The notes beneath the pieces are model-generated. The model was not told the DNA's origin, ran no database searches, and saw nothing but the letters and a program-made list of their open reading frames with translations. A stretch of DNA of 15,094 bases from Anthoceros angustus (taxonomy: Eukaryota; Plantae; Anthocerotophyta), in contig VJWM01000410.1 of assembly GCA_010909165.1 (NCBI GenBank), forward strand, positions 1-15,094, in the 5' to 3' direction. Shown here in pieces: positions 1-8,940 of the stretch. Position 1 is the stretch's first letter. Each line of letters opens with the position of its first letter. Both the position numbers and the translations under genes were made by a program.

Positions 1-112
1 CACAAATTCGCGGTCAATGCGTCGTGGCCGGAGATCTTATCGACAAGGTTTCCTCCCGCTTGCAGCCACGGCCGGCTGAGTACTCCGACCTTATTGGTAA
101 AGTTCCGATTCC

Positions 113-230
113 GCAGTCCCTCCTATCGGTTGGGATCCATACGGATCCACAATTCACAGCTCCGCGACCTCACCTTCCGTGTCGGGTGAGCTTTGTTCAA
201 TTCATCCTCCAGCATTGCCGCTACTTCGGC
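113..230 (-). pseudogene. Possible gag zinc-knuckle fragment (CX2CX4HX4C-like)
   Basis: The minus strand reads MLEDELNKAHPTRKVRSRSCEL, then after a frameshift CGSVW..PTDR..DC. A knuckle is obtained only by assuming 1-2 indels. Confidence 0.25.
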
Positions 231-324
231 TAATGTCGGGAGAAAGCAGATCGTTCCTCCCCCTCCTTTGGCCCTTCTTCATCTCGCCCCTCCCAAGGGT
301 GTCTGCGGTCTTCCCAAATTTTGT

Positions 325-2271
325 TGTTGGGGGCATAAGCAATGAGGTGGGGAGTGTGTGGAGCGTAAAGTTTGGGCAAGCCAGTCCAAAAAGGCCAAAA
401 GGCGAACAAGTTTGATTTTTTGGCTAAGGCGATTGAAGAGCATGCGAGGAAAACTTACGAGAATCTTAACTGGAGTTGTAAATATTGTTAGGAAGGCAGA
501 GGATATCGGAAAAGAAGAGCGGGAAAAGCGACCCCAGACAGGCGGGAGGCGGGTCAAAGGTTGGTAGGTGGCGGACTACGTGAGGTGCCACACCAGCCCG
601 GTGAGTGAGAGCGGACTACAGCGGTGGTGGCGGACTACCCAGTGGTGACGATCTCGGCTAAAGCAATTAGAATGGGGATATCCACTATATATGCTCATCG
701 ATAGGGAATAAATATATAAATGATTAGCAAAATTAATTAGGAAAGCGGGCGGGATAGGAAAATAGGTAGTTAGATAGAATTAGGATTTTGGAATGATGAA
801 CCCAATCTAGGGTTGTGTGCACCGCGGTGGCGACATCAAAAGAGGGCAAAGTGCGATTTTGGGCCTTCCTCCACTTGAAGAGCTAACGGGAGGCGGGGTT
901 GGGCGTAGCCGAAGGAAGGCTACCCATCGCTAGAAGAGAAGGCGCCATCGCCAGCAAGGCGGGAGGCGAGGCGGAGCGAGCGTGATCGAGAGGGAAGCAG
1001 ACGGTGAGGTGGAAGGAAGCAAGAGTGCGCGACAAGGGAGCTCACGCGCCCGAGCCAGGAGGAGTGCGGGCGAGCCAGGCGGAGCAGAGGTGAGGGAGGA
1101 ATTGAGGCGGGAAGGCGTTGTGAAGGAGCGGCGCTACCCACGGAAGAAGGACACAGAAGAGGAGGTTGGCGAGGAAATTCAACCGGGGCTAACGTGTGCT
1201 GCGGAGGGTGTTGCCACAAAGGAGAGTGTTTGAGGGTGTGGAAAAATTGGGAAGTAATTTCCTTCCTGTAGCTTTTGGGAAGAAGAGCGCCACCATGCCT
1301 CGATGGGAAAGGCAAGGGAAGGAGCCGCAGCCAAGGCTCTTCCTCGCGAGGAGGAAGAAGGCGGGCTGCGCCACCGGAGGGTGAGGTCGAGATGCCCCAA
1401 TTCACTTGCTTTCTTTGGGCAGCTCAACCCGTGATTTGGTTGATTTTCGGTGGGCGGAGGAGGAAAACATCCAATTGGGATGGGTGTATGGCCGCCAATG
1501 GGCCTACACCAATTTGGAATTGATTGAGTGTTTCATCAACCTCCATCAATCGGAGCGACCCTTCCGCCTTGGGAAAGGAATGCTCGGATCCGTTGTTGGG
1601 CGGTAGAAGTATTCGGTGTATGGAGGCCGGAGGAGAGCTCGGGTGCTCTCCTCGAAAGGTCGAATGGAGGGAAGAGGGCGGCCCTCTCCGATATTCCGAA
1701 ATTCCTTGACATGATGGATGGAGGTGAAGGCCCAGAATGGTGGAAAGCGAGCATCAAGGAGTGAAGTGGAGGCTCTTCGATTGTCTTGGGGTTGGTAAAT
1801 TACCAACGCCTCTTATTCACCAACTTCCTCCAATTTTGTGGAAGATTTCCATAGCCAAGCGGATTGGGGAACCATCATGTATGAGGCATCATCCACCATC
1901 GGGAGAAGCTCCTCAAGCCAAATTCGGTGGATGAGGAAGGGCCAACCTTGTACCTCGGCACCTATTTGGTGCATTGTGGGAAAGCGGACTTCTCACAAGC
2001 AAGGAGCTTGAAGATGCTTGGCATCCTTGAGATAATCCATCTCCAGCTTGGAAAGGCCTTTGCCTTTTGCAGAAAAAGTGGGAGGTCGGACCTCCACAAG
2101 CGCGAGGCGGAGGAAGTGGAGGCAACAAGGTTGCTGGGAGTGGGAATCTTTCCCCAGAGCAAGAAGGAGAGGCGGCCAAGGGGCCAAGTAGTGGTTTATG
2201 AGAGGAGAGAGTGTGGCCCAAGGGTGGGGGAGTCCCCACCATCTCATGTGCCTAGGAGGCACCCAGCCACC
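325..2271 (+). repeat. Arm 1 of ~2 kb long inverted repeat
   Basis: Colinear with the reverse complement of ~5188-7280. Perfect blocks include 674-717 = revcomp 6888-6931 (44 nt) and 771-817 = revcomp 6783-6829 (47 nt). Ends were estimated by eye. Confidence 0.95.
674..835 (+). promoter_or_regulatory. AT-rich TATA/telo-box-like segment, possibly LTR 3' part ending GGTGGCGACA (826-835)
   Basis: CTATATATG at ~685, AAATATATAAA at ~710 and CTAGGGTT at ~808, lying just upstream of the GC-rich ORF. The mirror copy is at ~6764-6931. Confidence 0.4.
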
Positions 2272-3300
2272 GGTGGCGGCCCGGGGTGGGCACTCAGTGG
2301 TGATCGACTACCACAGTAGGGTGAGACTACGCGGTAGCGACCTACCGTGGCGGGCACCCGGTAGGCGGCGGTAGCGGAAGGGAAGGAAAAAGCGGGCGGC
2401 GAGCCCTTCTCCAGCGGGTGGGAGGCGGATGGAGGGCGTGAGGGACCAGCGCGCCGCTGATGGCCAGTCGGGAGGCTGGAAATTTCCAGCAAGAAGAAGG
2501 AGGGTGGAATTAGGACCCCTAGGAGAATTGGGTGCTTGTGAAGCACTCAGCCGTGTGGATTTGAAGGGGCTAGGGGCTAGCCTCCTTGTGGGCATGTCAA
2601 GAGGAGTGAAATCCAAGACATGGCGGGAGGGGGACTAAGTGGCAATTGGAGGCCATGGAGTCCGACGAAAAGGCGAAGTTGGAAAGGCAGCTCAGGACCT
2701 CGTGGATCGGAGCGGAAAAAGGTCTGGAGGGAAGGTTGTCAGCAGAAGAAAGAGCCATCCGGGCAACAACCCAAAAGGACTCATGGAGGCAGGCGGAGAG
2801 CATTTTGCCCAATTAGAGCAAGAAAGGGCAAAGCAGAGGCTCTAGGAAGGGAAGCGGCCTCGGCAATGGGCACAAAGCGGTGATGGCTACCCAAATCAAA
2901 ATCCGGATGGAGAGGTTGAGGCGGAGTTTAATTTGGAGGAAGCGCTCGGCTGGAAGCTCAAGACCTGCAAGAGGAGGCGAGGATGCTTGGCGGAGGAGAA
3001 AAATTTGCCAAGCAAATGGGTGGGGAACAAGGAGGTTCCGAGGAGGAGCACAAGAAGGTGGTGCATAGAATCTTTGGTAGTGAGGAAGCGATTTTGGGCG
3101 GACTATGCCCTTGAGCAAAATTGGCCAGCTGAAGGAAGCAAGGGAGGAGAATGTGACCCTCCATGTCAAGGTGGGGGTTGACCACCTCAAGGGACGCCTA
3201 CAAGGTAGGTGTGAAGATGGAGAGTGGCCCGGAGTTGATGATCTCCAAATGCAATATCATAGCTTGGGGCTCACCTCCACAATAGAATTTTGAAGGCCAA
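860..3300 (+). pseudogene. Frameshifted plant transposon-type accessory ORF with downstream coiled-coil region
   Basis: Chained ORF fragments: basic/low-complexity N-terminus, core NLELIECFINLHQSE...IRG...WGTIMYEA...TYLVH...EIIHLQL, then a coiled coil (QLEQERAKQRL, IGQLKEAREENVTL). The core resembles the LVREFYANL...VRG pattern of Transposase_32/ATHILA ORF-1-like proteins, judged by eye only. Confidence 0.5.
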
Positions 3301-5187
3301 CAATGAGATCTTGCGTTTGGCCAAGAGGAGGACATTGGGTCCTCATGATGATGGGAGGCGCAGTGCGGCCGAGGCCTCCGATTTTGATGAGGCCATCGTG
3401 AAATGGACTCAGGAATCGAGTCGGGAGATGAGGCGGTAGTGGCGCCAGGTGAGGCGCGAGAGCAAGGGGAGGACAGCCCACCCTCACGGGGTCAACCTAC
3501 CACGGTGGGTGACCAACCTACCGCAGTGCCGGACTACCGTGGTACTCTCTGGGTGCGGACTAGGGGTGGCAGTAGCCCGTGGGCTGCGGGAGTCGCGGAG
3601 GCTTGAGATGAAGGAGCCGGGGGTCGGTATACCTCGAGGAGGCGGGAGGTGGTGGGGACAACCCCAGGAGAAGGCGGGGTCCGACCCGAGGAAGGGAGGG
3701 TGAGTTCCCTCACCCCGGAGCAAGGAGGGCCGAGCGGAGGAGGGCCGCAAAGGCCGAGGAGATTAGTAGATCATGGTCGGCGAATGGGGATGAAGACTCT
3801 TTGAAGATGCTCATGGTAGGTATGGACAAATCAAAGCGAGGCAAAAAATGGAGATCTTGACCAGTCCTCATGGGAGAAAGAAGGAAAAAGGCGGACTACC
3901 ATGGTAGGTAGTCACCTACCCGATGATACCGGACTACGTGAGTGCGATGAGCAGGCGCGACCCGGTGGCGGGCTGGAGAAAAGGCGCCTAGGTGCGGAGG
4001 CGCGATGGTGGAGGAGGACTTTAGGCCGCCCGGAGATGGAGGAAGGTGTGCCCACACATTAGGAAGCGACAAGATGCAGGAAGGGGCAGGAGCAAAGGAG
4101 GCGAGCCAATCCCCAAGGGACATGTCACCACCCAGTGAGATAAGGACTAAGAATGGTCAATGACCATAAATGAGCTTTAGAGAGGAAGGATAGGTGGTGT
4201 GGTGACATCCTTTAAGGATGATCTTAGGTGAAGTTACTAGAATAGAATTTACCAAGGATCGGACAATAGACTTAGGTGCCGGACATTAAATCTTTGGCGG
4301 TAGGAAATAATAGAAAATTGGAAAAGGTGACTGCGGTGGGCCTCCTATAAGAGGAGGAGGATTTCACAAAGTAAAGTATCATGTCTTGCGCTTCCACTCA
4401 TGAGTCCTTTGCCATTCTGGAGGAATTTCGTGCGGTGAGCCAACGCGTCAGTAGAGGAAGTCGCGGTGGTCGGAGTGCTTGGTGGAGGACTTGCTCGCAA
4501 GTGCCTAAGCGAGTTGCTCCCCTTGTGAATGGTTCTTTGTGAAATTGCTTTGCTTTGGGTGTGTGGCAAATGCCGGAGAACTCTCGGCTTGAGGGTAGAC
4601 TACAGGGAAAGACTCCACAGGAGGTTCTCATGTCAGTGTCAAACTCATAGCAAGCCCAAGGAAGAACTTCTTTGGTGGAGGCGACCCAGGCGGTTGTGCC
4701 GTGAGGCGGTCAACGATGGCCAGGCGAGGTTAGAATAGGAGGAAGAGGATGAGGAGATGAGAGATGAGTAGAGGATTAGAGGTGTAGGTGTTAGTGGAAG
4801 GCCACAGTGAGCCTAAGGGCCCGTCCCAAATGCAAGTAAAGCGCTCCCGAGGTGGAGAAAGTGGTCTTAAGTAGGGACGAAAATCGCGGTGTGGATCGGG
4901 GGTCCACAGGCGCTGATGGGCTCCTCATTGCTAAGGCGGGACACAATGTGTTGTGTCGTTGTGGGTCGGATTGGTGATTTTGAGCGTGCAAGTGGTGCAG
5001 TGTAAGAGGGAGAGTAGAGGCGCCTTGTTTAGAAGGCTGAGAAGTGTGTCTGCGGGTGGCGATCGGTCATCGCAAGGCCTCGAACTTTCACACAAGTCTC
5101 ATGGGGAAACCCAGCGTGCAGGCGGCGATTGGGATAAGTGTGGCGCTATGGTGGAGGACGCCTACTGCCCGGTTTTCCCTACCCTGA

Positions 5188-7280
5188 TGGTGGCGGTGCC
5201 TCCACGGTAGGCACAAAGCGAGATGGTGAGACTCCCCCACCTTGGGGCATCACCCCTCATGGTAGTCCTCCTCATAGACACCATTCGGCCTCGGCGGTTC
5301 ACATTCCTCTCCCCTCTCTTGCTCACAAAGGAAAGATTCCCATTCAACCTGTTGCTTCCCATCTTCCATTGCTCTCTCGGTGCTTGGTGGAGGTCGACCT
5401 CCCATTCTCCCGCAATGCAAAGGCAAGGCCTTTCAAGCAGCTGGAGATGAATTATCTCAGAAGGATGCCAAGCATCTTCCTCTTTGCTTGTGAAGCCCTT
5501 CCGTTTCCACAAATGCACCAAATAGGTCTTTGGTAGCAGGGCCTCATCCACAGAATTGGACGAGGAGCTTTCTCGGTGGTGGATGTCGCTTCATACATAA
5601 TGGTTCCCCAATGCTTGGCTCCCATGAAATCTTCCACAAAATTGGAGGAAGTTGGTCTTTGAAATAGGGCGTCCTGGTAATTTACCAACCCCAACACAAT
5701 CTTAGAAGAGCCTCCACTTGACTCCTTGATGCTCTCTGTTTTCCAGCCATTCTTGGCGTGGGCCTTCCTCCTCCATCCATCATGTCAAGGAATTCTTGCG
5801 GAATATCGGGCTGTCCTCTTCCCTCCATTCGACCTTCGAGGAGAGCAATTCGAGCTCTCCTCCTTGTTCCATACACTGTCGAATACTTGATGTCGACAGC
5901 GGATCGGTCAGGCATTCCTCTGATGCGGAAGGCTGCTTCCGATTGATGGAGGTTGATGAAACACTCCTCAACCAACTCCAAATTGGTGTAGGCCCATTGA
6001 CGGCCATACACCCATCCCAATTGGATGTTTTCCTCCTCTGCCCATTGCCGAAAATCAACCAAATCCCGGGGGTTAAGCTGCCCAGCAAAGCAAGTGAATT
6101 GAGGCATCTCGACCTCACCCCCTCCTGGTGGCGCAGGCTCCGCCTTCTTCCCCTTTCCTCCTCGCGAGGAAGAGCCCTTGGCAGGCGGCTCCTTCCCCTT
6201 GCCTTTCCCAGCTCGAGGCATGGTGGCGTTCTTCTTCCCAAAAGCTTACAAGGAAGGAAATTACTCTCCAATTTGAGAGCTTCAAAATTCCACACCTCAG
6301 CGCACCTCTTCCTTGTTGTGTACACGCTCCCCTGCGGCCACGTTAGCCACAGCTTGAATTTTCCATTTCGCAACCTCCTCTGTGCCTTCTTCCTCCGGCG
6401 GCGCGCCATTTTTCTAGCGCTCTTCACCTTTCAATTCCCACACGGCACCAGTGCTCCGCCTTCTTCCTTCGCTCAGCACTTCCTCTCCGATGGCTCGGGC
6501 GCGTGGAGGCTCCTTTCTGCTTGCGGTACTCGCGCTTTCTTCCTTCCACGGTCTCCGTGCCTCGTTGGGTGCAGTTCTTCCTCGATGGAGCGCACGCGGT
6601 CTCCGCCTCGCTCCCAGCTTGCTCGCGGCGATGGCAGCTTCTCTTGCCGTGGCGATGGTAGCCTTCCTTCCTTCTGCGTCTTACGCTCCAACTCCAGCTC
6701 CCGTTCTAGCTCTTGCGAAGTGGAGGAAGCGCGGCCCAAAACTGCACTTTGCCCTCTTTGGATGTCTGCCACCTGGCGGCTGCACAACCCTAGATTGGGT
6801 TCATCATTCCAAAATCCTAATTCTATCTAAGCTACCTATTTTCCTATCCTGCCCGCTATTCCTAATTAATCGCTCGCTAATCATTTGATATATTTATTCC
6901 CTATCGATGAGCATATATAGTGGATATCCCCCCTCTATTCTAAATTCCTTTTAGCGAGATTGTCGGCCTATTGCGGTGATGCGCTTACATGATGATACTG
7001 CTCCCCTCGACCTAGGCGTGGTGTGGCGACCCTGAGTGATGCCGACCTACCAACCTTTTGGGCCTTCCACGCCTTCTGCGGGGGTCGTTTGACCCGTTCT
7101 TCTTCACGGGATATCCTCTTGCCTTCTAACAATATCCTACAACTCCCTTCAAGACTTTCTGGCATGCTCCTCTTCAATCGTTCTTAGCCAAAAAAATCAA
7201 ACTTGTCCTTTGGCTGAATTTGGTTGCCCAAACTTTCGTTCCACATACTCCCCACCTCACATTGCGTCCTCGCAAACAAC
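5188..7280 (-). repeat. Arm 2 of ~2 kb long inverted repeat
   Basis: Reverse-complement copy of arm 1. The same peptides appear in the ORF track, e.g. DLVDFRWAEEENIQLGWVYGRQWAYTNLEL at 1406+ and DLVDFRQWAEEENIQLGWVYGRQWAYTNLEL in 5682..6221-. Confidence 0.95.
5190..6790 (-). pseudogene. Second, truncated copy of the plant transposon-type accessory ORF
   Basis: ORFs 6473..6787, 5682..6221, 5452..5697 and 5162..5551 chain with frameshifts. Homology to arm 1 stops at ~5188. Confidence 0.55.
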
Positions 7281-7860
7281 GATACCAGTGGAGGTACTTC
7301 TTGACCTTCCACCCATTCACTCAGTCGGCAATACTTAGCCCCGATGCGAGTTGCAGATCCATTCTCATATCTGCGACTACCTCGTGAGTCCCATCCATCT
7401 TAGCCTAAGCTTCCTGGAAAGTGGTACTATCATATAGAAGAACCAAATCCCGTCCACGATAGCCTCACCAGCTTCCTCAACTCCCATCATGTCTTTTCAC
7501 GAGTTCTGATCCATTTGAGTTTCCTCTAAAGCATCCTCCCTCGTTCCTCTCTATGAAGCGATTCTAGTCTAGCTACAGCTATCCTCTACGGTCATCGTTC
7601 ATCCTCCATGATCCACAGAGGTAGGTACTTCAAATTCCACAGGCATCACAGGGTGACATGCCATACGTTAGATAATAGGGTCTTCTTGGTGGTTACCTTC
7701 TCCGCGGTCTTGTAAGCCCACGGTGCGAATGCAACAGCATCAATCATACGTGAAGTCGGCCTCGGCGCCCAGCTTTTTTCGGGTAGTGCGGTGAATTTTT
7801 TGGGGAGAATCGGCCTTTTGGCCATTATTTTACCAGTATAGTAAAATTCATTACAATATA

Positions 7861-7950
7861 GTAGAAAACATGCCAAGTGGGGTGAATATGATCTACCATC
7901 AAGGTGGAAAAGCGAGCACTAGAGTAGAAAACATGACGACCAAGTGAATA
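7861..7950. repeat. Short imperfect tandem duplication (~63 nt offset)
   Basis: GTAGAAAACATG at 7861 and 7924, each followed by CCAAGTG and GTGAATA. Confidence 0.7.
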
Positions 7951-8069
7951 CCGGTGCGTCTAGTAGAAGCTCATTCTAGAAATCCCACCAAAATCGCTAA
8001 TCGACAAAAACATTTTACATTAAATAATATTCATGCGGATCCGGGATATACAAAAACCAACAAAGAACC

Positions 8070-8940
8070 CTTTTCTTTGCGAGTTTCTGTATATCGAGTG
8101 CATGAAATACAAATTCAACTAATGAAGAGTAAATACCGGTATAGATTGAACTCGCTTCAACAAGAACCTACAAACAAAACCAAAATTAGCACCCAAACCG
8201 TGATTACGTGCTACTAGTAAACACTAAAATAAAAACATTGATACTCACCTTATTTTGGGAAATTTCTGTACAATTATACTGATTGAAAATGTAATTTTCC
8301 GACCACTTGGTGGTACTTGTACAGCATTATCATAATTGGCAACCAATTGATGAAGGCGAGGACTTGGGCGAAATTGACCATCTTCACGCAAGGTCACAAC
8401 CTAATAACAACACAACCATTAATTTTCAATCTAGTAAAGCGATTAATAAAAAGCATAAACTTACCAATCGGCGGATTTTCGCGAGATAGCTTGAAATATC
8501 TCGAGGCACATACGCTCTGTTGTCTTTCCCCTGTAATCCGAACCTCTTGCTCTTTTCTGCTTGATTTCTCTTGATGCTTAATGCTCTTGTCTCCTCTCCG
8601 CATTTCTCACTGAATCTCAAGGGCTTTCTCTCTTTGCTTAGAGACTCGTAATTCAAGCGCCTCTGTCTCTCTATAAGTGCCTCCAAATCCTTTTGCCGAA
8701 ACTCCATTTCTTTCAATTTGTCATTCTCCAATTCCGTTCTCGGGAGATCAAGCGCTCAAAGCCACTTCCATTTCCATTTGCGATCCACAGCAATATATCG
8801 AGGTGCTACCACACACTTACATCTGGTTAACCGGATGGTCACACTCACTGCACAATGCCCTCCAACAGAGGGACCCATCCACTTCCTCAGTATCAATGTT
8901 GAAATGAGGGAAGTAAGCTTCCACTAGTCGAAGGATTCAC
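8070..8940 (-). CDS. Downstream exons: Cys-motif plus coiled-coil protein, either the YR C-terminus or a second gene
   Basis: RLVEAYFPHFNIDTEEVDGSLCWRALCSECDHPVNQ(C)KC..., coiled coil ENDKLKEMEFRQKDLEALIERQRRL (ORF 8426..8731), in-frame splice to 8400-8249 VVTLREDGQFRPSPRLHQLVANYDN, then VLVEASSIYTGIYSSLVEFVFHALD from 8167. Confidence 0.6.

Larger units (their letters stand above)
565..3940 (+). repeat. Dispersed GCGGACTAC / GACCTACC motif clusters
   Basis: GCGGACTAC at 571, 611, 630 and 3891. Variants at 2306, 2325, 2339, 3098, 3529, 3555 and 3929. Confidence 0.75.

Noticed and set aside
2271-5188. Simple fold-back read artefact explaining the inverted repeat
   Set aside because: The 2.9 kb spacer is not self-complementary, so this is not a plain fold-back. 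A more complex chimera is not excluded.
5796-6830. Longest ORF (344 aa, + strand)
   Set aside because: It is Ser/Leu/Arg-rich antisense shadow of the minus-strand ORF, and the equivalent frame is broken in arm 1.
7661-7665. TATGG (minus strand) like CryptonS termini
   Set aside because: There is no same-strand copy near the right boundary, and a 5-mer is expected by chance.
7775-7788. TTTTTTCGGGTAGTG resembling a CACTA terminal repeat
   Set aside because: No partner CACTA end, subterminal repeats or transposase were found in the window.
7646-7876. 76-aa minus-strand ORF
   Set aside because: No recognisable motif or splice link, and it crosses the 7658 junction.
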